From Auanema rhodensis (Eukaryota > Animalia > Nematoda), in NCBI GenBank assembly GCA_964057225.1, contig OZ059899.1, positions 8,308,001-8,372,000 of the forward strand: 64,000 nucleotides of DNA. Direction: 5' to 3'. The notes under the pieces were generated by a model. It was not told the origin of the DNA, ran no database searches, and saw only the letters and a program-made list of their open reading frames with translations. The number at the start of each line of letters is the position of its first letter. The first letter of the stretch is position 1. The position numbers and the translations under genes are program-made. This document shows positions 27,252 to 40,424 of the stretch, one piece after another.

Positions 27252-30200
27252 GAGAAAAATAGCTTGAAATATTGAAAAAGAGCAGAAGGGACTGTTTCCG
27301 CATACAGGACTTCGTATTACCCTGAAATCATAAAATCAACTTCGAGCAGCAAGAGTGAACTAAGGGGAGAGAGTGGAGTATGGTGGCAATTAAAAATTCG
27401 TGATTTGGTTTTTTTGGATATAATTGAATCAAATTTAATCACTGTGAGAAAGCTGATTCCAGCCCTGGAAATAACAAGAAAGAGGTAGAAGAAGAAAAAT
27501 TTTTGTATACAATAAAACTCAACCAATTTCTTAAATACCAATGGTTGTGGACATTGAAGTATATCTGAACTATTTAAAAATCAAAAACATAATTATCATC
27601 TTTGAGGTTTGCTTGATATTTAATCGGCTAATAGAAAAACTCATAAAATGGCAAAAGATGAAGAAATACATTTATCTGTATGACTCAAATGCACGCAAAT
27701 TAGTGATAAAGGAAGCTAAACTCACGAAATTTCTTCTGTTCCAACATGATGGAAATTCATTTCCGATTTCTGCTATATGCATGTAATATTCCGTGATATT
27801 AAACTTTTTCGTTATCATTTTTCAAAAACGGCTTATCTCAAGTTCAACAAGCTTTTGCCTCTTCAAAAGAGTCCTAGATCAATCATGTTTCTATTGTTTA
27901 AATAGATCGAAGATTCTCACTCTCTTCTCTGTTTCTCATTTTTTCTAATGTCTCTTGCTTGATGTTCATCTTATTTTTTAACTTCTTCTCTTTCAGGATC
28001 AGTGTGTAGCTTCTTGTTGTTTAAAAGAAGAAGAAAAAGAGTCAAATGAATGGTCTTTGTTCATAATTCTTCCTATTTTTTAATAAACTATAATGGTCAA
28101 GTTGATTTCAAATAATTTTGTCTTCAGAATGGAGTTTGTCATCTACCTACTTGCTTTTATGCAGAATCCTATCGGTTCTTGGTAGCTTTGCCGCTCTGTC
28201 ATCTATCAATGTTCTAGTATTCTTTCTCTCTATATCCCTCCTTACTCGCGCCTTCTCTTTCTCTCATTTTTTTTCTCGTATTCCTCTTTATATTTCGCAT
28301 TATCTACCGTTCCTATTTTCTATATCTATTTAAGCATAGTCCTACATTCAAAATACAGAGAAAAACTATATTTTTGAAATATCAGTTCTATGAAAAATCA
28401 GTTATAGTTTACGTACTGGCTAAGCTCAAATAACCACTTATGGTACACAATTCTTTTTCACACGGTGCCTCTTCCATCTTTTATTGGAACAGTTGATTTT
28501 AGCTCATCAATTTGTATAAACAGTCCAATTTAATTATACATAATATCTCTTAAATTTTCTAAATTTTCCTTCCTTCTCTCATTTTCTCACTAACACATCA
28601 CCTGAAAACATTAATTTTATTATTAACCTGTTCTTTGTCGACGAATAGATACCGTATCATCACTCATAATAATATTAAATCAAAATGTCCATAACAAACT
28701 TTCATATAAGAACGTAAATAACTAATTTTAAGCTCTCTTTCTCTCATTTACTTTCTCTTTCTCTCACACCAGCACTCCCTCTTCTACTCTTTTTTTCTCT
28801 CTTCCTCTACTCTCTCTTTCTTTCTTATGTTCTCTAGTATCCCGTTACTCTCTCTCGCTCGATCTTACTGTCTCATTCTCTTCACCAATACAGCTATATT
28901 CCCTCTTCCTAGCATTTTTTCTTTTATTCTCTGTTAACGTTATCATTTAGTATATTTTCATTAACACGTCTTTCATTTTTTTTCTCATTCGTTTTCCAGT
29001 TTAATGGTTTTTTAAGTCCCTTCATTCGGCTCGCCATTAGCTATGGTCCATTGTTTAAACCGGAACTTTGCTCACAGTTTCACATATGCAATACTGAATA
29101 TTGAAATTCAAGATTTTCCTTATAAGGTCATATTGAAACAGCTTATCCTGAACTATAAGAACCGGTAAAATCTTTATCTCCTCACTAATGTGGTCTCAAA
29201 GTTCGTTGTTGTAAAAAAAGATGAAAGTTTAAGATATAGAACGATAATAAATGAATTTCCTGCCGCCTACCAAATAGTTGGTCGATCCCCTTCTACCCAT
29301 AACACATCCTAGGCTCTAAGAACCAATCCCTCTTCCATCTTCCATTACAATCTGTTGTCTCTTCATTTCTTTGCATTTTTTTTTTCATCTTTTTTTTTCA
29401 GTTTTCATATTCAGTTCAATATATTATCGTTTTATCCTCTATTTTGCTCGAAGACCACCTTACGCCTTGGCCTCGCAATTCTATTTTCTTTGGTATTTGT
29501 AACACAACATATCAATTTCAACTATTCTTTTTGGCAAAGACTATTCCAATGCTAGCTCCCTGAATGTGTAAACCCCATTTACAGCATGTGTTTTGCAACC
29601 TTTGTTTGCAACTTTCATGTTTAAGTTTGTAAATGTTTTATTCAAATTCGTGAATCTTTTGTGATTATCCCATTTAAATTTTCCCAGATTTTACAGATTT
29701 TTTACCGTAGTTTTTCATTCATCTTGCCTCATACGCCAACTGAGTCATATTTTATTCCATTTCTACAATAGAACGTTCGGCTTCATTCAAATCAGCCCCA
29801 GCTGCGCATATTCCCCTCTCTGCTGACCTCTCGAACTTGCTTTATCAAGTTTTTTGCGAATTGTCTAAGAAAAGCTTCAAATATGCGTATAATTCATTAC
29901 TTGATATTTATAAAATAATAGCTTATCATACATTTGTTCTATGCTGTACTGATAATCAACTTTAAACCTAATGGAGCTGTTCTCCATGAAAAATGATTAT
30001 ATTAGAATAATCTTCATTATTTGATAACATTTAATTTGACGCTTTTATTTTTTATTCTCAGGAAATTTATATTACTAAAAAACTCAATTCTCCTATATCA
30101 CTGCAGTATAAAACTGTTCGTACTTCACTGTATAAGCTCGCTTTTCGTTATTGAAGTAAACTATCTACAAAGATCATAAATAGTCAATCTTATCTCATTT

Positions 30201-32056
30201 TTTGCAATGAATCCTACGTCTCTATATCAATTCAGTGCCCTTGATTCCAAATCCTTAACGTCATCATTTCGACAGCCGTAACGTTCATACAACATAGTAT
30301 CCTCTCCGGAAATCAGCTTCATCTCCGTCAATCTATTAAACCTGATATATGGACTATAACTTAAACTTTCAAATTTGGAATTCATTTATTTCTGAAATGA
30401 GAATGAAATCAAAATTTATTTCATCAATCGAAGTTTTGATAAAATTCTTCAATGCTGATTGATATTGTAGTAAGCTCAGCTTGGAAATCCAGAAAGTTTA
30501 ACTCATCAAGGTTTTTCCCTTTATTCTCTGTGTATGTTATATGAGAAATGGAGGGTGTGGACAAGTGAATTAATCAATATAATTTGAAAAACAAAATGAT
30601 CAAGTTATGCATCAATGACTATTGATACTTCTCTCTTCTCTCTCCCTCTCTCTTTCTTTTTATCGTCACTTTTCTCTCCCTATTTCTTTTCAACTTTTCG
30701 TTCGTTTTCTCTCAATTTCTTCCAGTTTCCATGCATGGCAGTTATTTAGGTTGGGTAACTTTGGGCAGGGCTTGGGACAACAATTGAAACTGTCGGTCCG
30801 GTTTCACACCAATTCGTCCTACTCGCTTTGTCTCGTTGTCGAGCTATAGGACCATCAACATCATTACCACCATTAAAATTACAAACATCTTTTCAATTAA
30901 CATAGGCAACTTTTTGCTTCATTTTCGATTCTTCAGTCAATATTTAACTTTTTCATTTTGATTTTTGAAATCACTTCCCTTCCCCCAAAAATTTCAATAT
31001 TCGCTATATAGAATATGATATTTTACAGTTTGTTCAATATTATTTGCTTCTCAAATAGTTACAATCAAAACGAGATTTGAATTTTCGATATACGTAATGT
31101 GTTGTATGACTAGAAAAATATTCTACTTTATAGATATTTTCTCTTTTTTTCATATCTCTAATATCATCATCATTATAAACATTCTTAATGAGAAAACATT
31201 AGAGAAACGCCGAACGTCGTGGTTGTTCAATAGGCTCATCATCTACTTAGGCATACCTCCTCTAAAAACTTGCATTTTTTTGTAGCAACATATGTATCCT
31301 TATAAACTGTTTATAAATATAGATACGGATGAGTGTTAGATATTATAGTATATCTATTCATGTGTTTATATTTATTTTTATATTATTGCTAATCCCTCAT
31401 TAATATCACATATATATTTTTTTAAAAAATCAATTTGTATAAGCTGATATAACTAATCAGATCATCATCATCATTCACACAGACACTCATACACATACAC
31501 ACACAACGACATGCACCGCTTCATTCAGATACATAGTCTACTATCTATTATTCCAAATCCTCTTTTCCACTGAAATCTAGTTCTCTTTCTATTTTTCTCG
31601 TCGTTGACTAACTATTAATATCTATATATCCTCATCTATCTTTTCAACTATGATTACCAAATATGATGTATGAATATTCAGTTCAATTATCTGAAAATGA
31701 AAAAAATTCAGTTTGATTTCGAAAAATGGAGTAGAACTTATTTAGATCATATTTTGTCATTATTATTTCATTAAGCTTAAGTTCTAAAAAAATTCAAATT
31801 CTTTGACCTATACGCCATACATGCAGTTTATCTAAGTCACCATATTTGTGTCAACAACAAGCAACCCAAACTACATTTTCATATTTATAAAAAATCGAAA
31901 TTTATCCCAAAAATATTCCAAAAAGAGCCAATGGCATAGCTACTTTGTTAGTTTTCAAAAAAACTAAAATTTTAACGACCGGAAGCGTTTATTGGTCCAG
32001 ATCGCTGATCAAACTAGAAAGTATAGTCAGGAGGATTGCCTAATATGGCTATTGAG

Positions 32057-32261
32057 ATTTGCATTCAGTTCATTTTCTCTCGCGATTATCGACATCCTTT
32101 AGGGATATTGATTGATTTGCATTTTAATTACTTAATTATTTAAATATAGGTGTTAGGAATAACTTGCATTTCATTTTCAATCTTTCTTTCAATTTACATA
32201 GTTATAGCCCTCATTTGCATATGGAGCTTTTAGCAACTTTTTCCTTAAATTGTATGCAAAT
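32057..32261. promoter_or_regulatory. Cluster of four perfect POU octamer sites upstream of ceh-18
   Basis: ATTTGCAT at 32057, 32115 and 32213; ATGCAAAT at 32254; near-match ACTTGCAT at 32162. Confidence 0.6.
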
Positions 32262-33989
32262 TGGATTTCAACTTGGCCAGGTGCCCTTGCGTCATTTCAT
32301 TCACTTTGTGTCTGCTCTTTTTGCGCTTGGATGGCTGAATTTCAAATTCAGCTTGTATACTAGGCTTCTGTAAATCCAGAAATTTAAGTAAATAGATTTT
32401 CTCGTGGCATAAGTAAACGAATATGGCATCGATATCACTCTGTCTGCTCAGTGTTTATGAATTTATGCCAATTTCCTTGTTTCGCGTATTAAGTTGAGGT
32501 GCATATTAAGGATTATTCCTGCCGAACTCATGGATCAATTTGTTATTTTTCGTTTAATTTGCTGCTGTATTCGACCAAATTAAGAAAACGCTTCTGTATA
32601 CGAATCAATAGTTGCACCTTCGAACAGTATACAAAACATTAGCGTAACTACATTATCTTTTTTGGTAAACTAATTGCAAAAACTGAAAGGCTAATCAATC
32701 AGTTTGGCAAAAATGCAAGAAGACGATAGTAATCATGATCGTAGTTTGATCATATGCATACGAAATATCCACATTTTGTAAACATTTCACTTTTGATTGT
32801 CTTTTCATCTGGCTCCTTCTGTTCTAGGGTGACAACTGTTACAATGTTTTTATACTTCTCTCTAATAGCTACTACACATTAAATCAGGGTACTCTAATTA
32901 CCTGTTCTACATCGACTGCATCTCTGCTTTTCTACTAGCCTATATTCTTCACTATCATTCTGTATTTTATGGAAGTGAAAAGAGTATTTTAATATAATGA
33001 AATTAATGCTCAATTTGTCACTTGATTCAGAAAATGATTGCCAACATTGATGCTAGCAAGGGCTGTTGAGTAAGCATAATAACAGAAAGCGTACAGTGAA
33101 TTAATTAATGTGTTATGTATAGGGTTATTTATTCGAGCTCATCCAGAAGATTTTGATCTTAATCATAGTCTCAATATTATACACAAGTTTATGGAATTGT
33201 CTCCCGCGTGCTGATTTGAAAGCTATCCGCTATGTAAAATGGTTGTTATGGAATAGTGATATTTGTGTTCTCAGAATATTTAAAAAAAAACTAGATTTAA
33301 ATAATGAATTAAGATATTTATACGCACACATGCGCAAGTTTACACTCTAAAGTCTTCGTTATGCTGTGGTCTTTCACAGCTATCCTTCGTTTAGCCAGCT
33401 TTGTTCGAGAGGAACAGAGAAATGGAAGACGAATCTGATCTGAAAAGCAGAAGAAAAGAGAGGTGGTAAAACAGAATTGAAATACGGGAGATAAAAAGAA
33501 AATAGCAGGTGCACGAAGAGAGGGAAAGAAAGCGCCAATTGTCTCAATTTAACTCTTTCCGTATTTAATCTTCCGATAACGTTATCAAATTGCTGCTTTT
33601 TTTGTAGAAAAAATCAGTGTATACCTGCATGTTTTTTAATTTATTTTTAATTCTTGTAAATATCCTGTGCGATCAAATGTTTGTTTCTAATCTGATTGTT
33701 TTTTCTTCATTTGATGTTTTCATTTCTTTCTCTCATAAGTTCTCATTTGTCTGGTTAAGTTTTTTAAATTTATTTTCTTACCGTTCTTTCCTTTTTTCAT
33801 TTACAGTCTTCAAATAGATATAAACGGCTGATTTTATTTATATGCTAATTTTCACGTGTACGTCTTTTGTTTTAATGTCGCATTTATTTTTTATTTTTTA
33901 ATATCGTAGCTGTAGTATTGCCTACTTTTACGGTTCCTCTAAGCCTATGTCTATTTAAGCCATTATAGGCTGACGAATGCGAGATCACA

Positions 33990-36900
33990 ATGCACCATGA
34001 GATTCCGGAGAGTTTGTCAAATCAGGGTAAGCTAAATTAATGTTTTTTTTTTCGTTTTTTTGCCAAGTTTTCAATATGTTTGTTTTATATTCAAGCTTTA
34101 GGGTCGCCATCTCCCTCAAATGTCCAAGTACGAATCAGTCCCACAGGGTCCAGTAAACGAAAAAGTCGCCCGGTTAAACGTATAATAGACATAGATGTGA
34201 GTTTTTAGTTATTTTTTTATACTCCCTTTCTAAATTTTTTCAAAATCGTTTTTGTGGAAATGAATTTTTTTCCTGAAAAGTGAGATGAAATGTCTAGTAA
34301 AGTTCTAGAGTTACAAACTTTTGCAATAACCAAAACGACGAGTCAATGAATTAACGTTGAAACCCTCTGTTTGTCATTAGCGAATTCTTTTGCAGTCACT
34401 GAGCAATGATCATGATTTTCCTTATTAAGAATTTCAAGAACTATGCGCTTTGTTATTAATATGTTATCGTTTAAGCAGCTCTCTGTTAATCGGCTAGGCG
34501 TAAATGATACTTTATTTCATGTTTATTGGCATTTTATTTTTCCTATTATGCAACATATTTGTGTTTAATTATTCCTTTTTATGGTACATTTACACATCTC
34601 TCAGTGTTTCAATATGAGAAAATGTGAAGTAATGCTTAAGCTAGATTTACTAATTCCTATGCTCTTTATGTGGAATGATTAAAATGAGCTCCTGTCAATG
34701 CTTACTTTGTTTTTCTTCTGCAAAGCTTGATGACCTTTTGCGGACAGGGCAAGATATGCTCTTTATATTAGTACCAGTCGTTTGGTAGTAAGTTTGAATT
34801 ACAGGTCATTAACCCACGAGTTTGTATTATTAGCCAGCGCGTTCGTGTAAGTAATTTTCTTTGGCAGAACAACTATCATATTTCTAGAGACGATTCCTGA
34901 AAAAGTTGATTGATTCTAGCGAAATTTCCTTAAGCCCCTTTTTTTCTTTTTCGATTTCATTCTTTCGGTGTTTCTGTTCAATCGGGACCGATCTAGTGCT
35001 CTTCCAAACCAGCTGCATTCTCTCAGCTTCCACACCCTTAGCCCTTTTTGTGACTCTCTTTCAATCTCCCTTTTTCTCGTTCACTCACTCTTATTCCCTC
35101 TCATTTCAATTTTCTTTTCTTCGTCTCCTTTCTCTCCCTCTTGCTCTCACCAGCAACCAACCAGCCAGGAATCGATATGTGCTTTTGCATAATCAGGCCA
35201 TCCACACCAGAATATGCTGTTGTGTCTCAGCTGTCATGTCCATAAAACATAGCTTTCATTTACATAGCTGAATTAAATTTTACCTATAAATGCGAGAAGA
35301 AAGTTATAGGACACTGATTTAAGTTATCCTGAACCAATTGATTTCCATAAGCTTTTAATTTGTAACTGTTATGTGAATCTAATATTAGTTTTAAAGTTGA
35401 ATGCTTTTTCATAGAAGCCTTTATTCAAATTTAATTCTCGAGGATGATAGCAATCTTTGGTGAAAAGTCAGAAATGTAAAAAAAATTTCGATTCTGGACA
35501 TTTGAAAGAAGTGCCGCTGACGCTTCGTATTTCATTTCAACCTAATCATTCTTGGCCACCCATAACCTAATACTTAAAATTCTGCTGATTTGATTAAGTA
35601 AACACTCTTTTATATAAGCATTGCTTACGCCGAACGCATATTCATTTCAATTCTGGTGGCTTATTCTTCCTTTTTTCCTTCTTCATTTTTGAATCATTAT
35701 ATCCATATTGCTCCTACATCATTTCCTGAATTTTTTTCACCTCTTAATGTAAGAGTTTTCATGTTAAGTTTCAAATATCCTAGTCGATCTGCTTTTGTTG
35801 CTTAATCTCATTCAAAGTGTATTGCAAGCATGCTCTACATGATTTCTTCCGATAATTGGGCATATAACTGGGGAATTAAAAAAGGGAAATAGCAATAAGA
35901 GAGCCACAAAATAAAAGATTGCGTACCACAAAGCGTAACTCGGCCAGTGCTAGGTTTTTTTCTTTTTCATCACATTTTTTCTTTATTTTATGCATTCTGG
36001 ATTCATTAATTTACATATATTGTGGTTACAGGAAGAATCAGGAGAATCTAGTTCAATGCAGATGACGTCAGATGGAGTTCATACAAGTGAAATTTGCGAC
36101 ATGAAACCTTCTATTGCAAGTGATTGCTCTTCTGAAGACGTAAATGTAGAAGTCGCCTCCATAGTAGCCAAAATGGTAGAAGAAGAACCAAGGTGAGCAT
36201 TTTAGCATAACTGAAATTTATATTTGCTCAAACTGAAAATGACATCTAGCATAGTTTACCGTTGATTCTATGCCACATGTCTGCTTAAAGTGCACGAGTT
36301 TGGTCGAAAATGACAGTTTTGTCTTAAAAATATTTTCACTTTTAACATGAATACAAAAATCAGATTTTAATAGTTTTTCAAATTTTGATGTTGATGAAAC
36401 TTCCTGTGAAGAATTTCTTGAACTACTAAAAAATGTTTAGAAAAAGTTTTGTATGCATCAGTTTTACTTACCTGATATCCATTTTGTTCAAATTTCGTCA
36501 ATATTCAGATAGCTTGCGTGTGTGATCGGCTGCGCTGAATAGTATGGCTGTTGAATATCTATTTTTAATTTTGAACTTTTAATTAGGATACTGTCTTATG
36601 CTCAATCGAAGCTTTTGTAAAGCCGTTTGGGAATCCCGATTCAATGTTGTGGTATGATTGTATAATTATATCCCAAACTGTTGAAAGTTGAATAGCGTGA
36701 GTAGTGTTGTTGTATCATAATCGGCTCAGTTCAATTATATGGGGTTTATGCATGCATCCCAGATTTTTCATTCCCACGTAGTCATCGCCTCCCGTTAGGA
36801 TTTTTGTTTAATTATTCTTTATAGTTTATATTTTTTACATTTTGGAATAGTTTAACCATATTTCCTCTTTGTTCTTCATTGCCATATTTTTGGGGCGAAA

Positions 36901-38025
36901 AATTACTTTGATTTCTCAACAAAGAGTATCGGTTTTGAAACAATGAAGAAGAAAAGAGCTCGTTTATGCTGCTGTGAGTGCCGCCAACATCTGGTAATTC
37001 ATAAAACTGTCAACAAGCCATGTTCGTTGTACTCCAAATTAAATGGAATAAATTTCCTTTCCTCAATTTCCGCGCCATTTCTTTAAATGCACTAATTCTT
37101 GTGATTATAATCTTCATCATCAATTTCTATTAATATTTCAGAATAAAAACGGAAGACGCGCATTCTATACCTGAAATGGATCAAGCAGAAATGATGAGGA
37201 GGTTAGCGGAAATGTTCGCATCTGGTACCAATAGTATACCTGTAACACCTACATCGCCTCCATCATCATCGGCAGCTCTGCAAACTCTGCTAGCAGCTGC
37301 TGGTGTAGCATCGTCTGCATCAAATGGTAAGTAAAAATAAAAACCTTTGTTGTACAAAGAACTTGTTTAATTATTGGTTCTTCAAAAAAAGGGTTTTTTC
37401 GAATTATAAGTATGCTCGGATAAAAATTTCCCGCGCTTTTGCCCACGGCAAAAATTTGAATAAAGCTGGAATTTTCGAAATTGCGAATTAGTGTCTTCTT
37501 TTAGGTTCCCCAATGGAGGCTGTTGCTGCTTCTCCCGCACAGGTTATAGGCACGGATCAACTGACTTCTGAAGGATTTATTCAAGCTATTTTGTCTACTA
37601 ATATGGCTCATCAATTTGGTATGTTAATTTTTTCCGTTTAAATCGTTTTATCCCTGATGCAGTAGGAAATGCTGCGACTCCGGCTTCTACCACAACGAAT
37701 ATGTCTTCATTACTCTCTAATTCGTCTTCTGTTAGTCCAGCTGTATGAAATTAAATCTCAAGCTTTTATGGAAATCATCTATTTTTTAGGAACCCTCAAC
37801 TACATCCACGACATTGGGAACATTGCCTAATAATCGGGCCGTTAAAAGAAAGCTCTTCGAAAACAGTCGTGAAGTATGATTCATCTAATACACTGCTATG
37901 TAACCAATTTTGTTAAGATGTTACATAAAGCTGTTACTTCCATAACTAATGAAGAAAGAAAAGACATGGGTGATCTGGAGAATTTCGCTCAAGTTTTCAA
38001 AAAGCAACGTATTAAATTTGGTTAG

Positions 38026-38068
<43 letters not shown>

Positions 38069-38898
38069 TTGTTATTTTCAGGATTTACTCAAGGAGATGT
38101 TGGAGTTGCTCTTGGTAGAAGGTATGGTACTGATTTCTCTCAAACTACGATCTCACGCTTTGAGGTTCGATTTCATTTTCTATAATGTTTTAAGAAGCGT
38201 GTATTCAGGCACTGAATTTATCTTTCAAGAACATGTGCAAGTTAAGGCCTCTGCTCAAGGTAACATTTTGTTAGATTTCCATTTATTGTCAGATATTTAG
38301 GAATGGTTGGCTGATGCTGAACTTGCCATTGCTAATGGTGCTTCCCTGAACGACCTGTTGGATAAACCTGCTGGACAGAGACAAGTAAAATCAATCGAGC
38401 ATTTTTGTCCAATCAACGTTTTAGTTGCAGACAGAAGATGATAATAATATGATGAGTTCGGGTGTGAATCGGGAGCCTTATGTAAAAAGGAGGAGGAAGA
38501 GGACTAATCTTGATCTTTCTCAGGTTTGCCATCTAGAATAGAGATAAAGGTTCATATTTTTTTAGCGAACAACACTGGATGCATATTTTGCTCTAAATCC
38601 CAGACCAGATCACGAGCGAATGACAGAAATTGCAACTTTATTGGAGTTAGATCGGGATGTATGTTTTTATACTTTATAACTTTTAATTAATTTTAATCAA
38701 CAGGTCGTTCGTGTATGGTTTTGTAATCGTAGACAAAAAATGAGAAGATCAGATGATCCAGAAGGCGGTGATAATAATGTTCTTTTGAATTCATTGAAAG
38801 TGGGTGACTATCCTGGTAACATGGAATATTTGATTTCATTTAAGGCTTTGGCTCAAGTCAAAACTGAGGAGGGTAATTCCTCTGCTGCTCCCTCATAG
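33990..38898 (+). CDS. ceh-18: Class II POU-homeodomain transcription factor (CEH-18 orthologue), ~15 coding exons; true N-terminus uncertain
   Basis: In-frame exons 33990-34026, 34102-34196, 36032-36192, 37142-37326, 37505-37618, 37663/37666-37742, 37790-37873, 37918-38020, 38082-38164, 38209-38259, 38301-38384, 38425/38431-38523, 38566-38658, 38704-38799, 38845-38898. POU-specific domain [56 protein letters not shown]; homeodomain [32 protein letters not shown]...[12 protein letters not shown]. Confidence 0.92.
38033..38064. repeat. (AT)n microsatellite filling most of a 61-nt ceh-18 intron
   Basis: Direct reading; intron 38021-38081. Confidence 0.9.
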
Positions 38899-40153
38899 AG
38901 TTGCTGGTTGTCTTTTTAGACATTTAAAATTACCTCAGATTCGGTATTCCGTTTCTTCCTGCTTGTATATGGTTCCATTTGAATCGTTGATCCAAATTGT
39001 TGTTGTCATAAATGCATGATTGCCTCAGAGGAAGCCTTTGCATTTAACATCGGTAGGCCCGGAAGGCTGAATCATTTTATGTAATAATGTAAGATTTAGT
39101 CAAGTCTAGAGCCGGTCCAAAACAGTCTATTGTTTTAGATATTTTTAAATATTGTATGTACCTATGTAAGGATTGTGTTTTCTTAGTTGGATTTTATTCT
39201 GACCTGTTCATATTCTTCCCAGTAGATTTTTCTCATTGCATTTACATGCATCTATTCATTGCATTTGAATTTTTTCTTTTGATTTATCCAATTTTTAATT
39301 TTATAACTTCTAAGAGCCAGGCCAGTGGCAGTCACAATTGATCATGCAAATTTTTGGGAATTGTCTACCTAACCTAAGTAGTTTTTTTTTTCGTTTTTGG
39401 AGTGTCATTCATATCTTTTGTTCTTGTTCTTTTTAATTTTGTTGTTTGGAGGATTTTAATAAATCCTTAGTAATTTCAAATTCGTGTGCTTGTAATGAAA
39501 CAGATACACGATTTCTTGATAACACTTCAGACCCCAGAGCCTATATGTAGTGCGCCCGATTCGAAAATGTACTCAGGTTCCCTAGTAAAAATAATTAAGG
39601 ATGAGTAAATGTCCACAAAACAACACATATTGCGTTAAACTCTTCTGCTTAATCACATCCTTTCCTGCTTTTAATAGTTTTTGAGCATTTTTATCTTGTG
39701 CGTTAAGCACAGCTGTATATTCTTTCTTAGTTATATGATTATGCCTAAGACTGATGAAAAATATTAGATTTTTATATTATTCATTAGGGAAAGACCTCAA
39801 TTGCCTTTTCGAGATGCGTGAAGATTCATCGTCTCTCCAGATTTCTTTCTTTCTTTTGTCATACTTCAAACTGCCGATTCGTTTTTCGATCGCGTTTGGC
39901 CTAGTCTATGTGCATTTCCCTGTGCGTTTCTTTACATCTCCTCATCTCCCGGTTATTACTTCTCCAAACCCGGTTATATTTATGCTCTTGAAATATGTTC
40001 ACATTAAGGAATGGTCCGAAAGGTCCATAATATTCACTCATATACTAGCATCATTACCACTCTCGTAAAACTTAAATGTATTTAGCCCATGATTGATTCC
40101 TGAGCTATCTTTTATATGTGTATTCAACATTTCATAGGGTAAATTTCATCGTT

Positions 40154-40393
40154 TGATAAATAACTTTGTTATGAGCATTGTTTGTTAATAAAGATCTTAG
40201 GTATTCCGAGTTTTTGTTATTCTCAATATGCACACACAATCAGAGTTAACACCAACTGCTCGATTTTCATTTGACTGATGCGTTGATAAACGAATTCAAA
40301 ACAAACCCGATAAGATAAACTTCAGCATATAATTTAATTTTTCCACCGCTCAATCAATCGAGCAATTTTAAATCTATGTTTAATCAGTATAAA
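40154..40393 (+). promoter_or_regulatory. GATA-site cluster and TATA-like box upstream of the ttr gene
   Basis: TGATAA 40154 and 40284, CGATAA 40308, AGATAA 40313, GTATAAA ~40387. Confidence 0.45.
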
Positions 40394-40424
40394 CGATTTT
40401 TACCTTTTTTTTCTTATAGTTCGA

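Noticed and set aside
54-35271. Dozens of 60-120-aa ORFs rich in F/L/S/I or K/R/E in the intergenic and intronic DNA
   Set aside because: They are translations of low-complexity CT/GA/AT-rich DNA, often with non-ATG starts, with no domains or splice-consistent continuation.
36225-36490. Perfect minus-strand donor (CAG|GTAAGT at ~36465-36473) and a ~60-codon open frame inside a ceh-18 intron
   Set aside because: The ATG-containing phase hits a stop after ~12 codons and the open phase has no start; no nested gene model holds.
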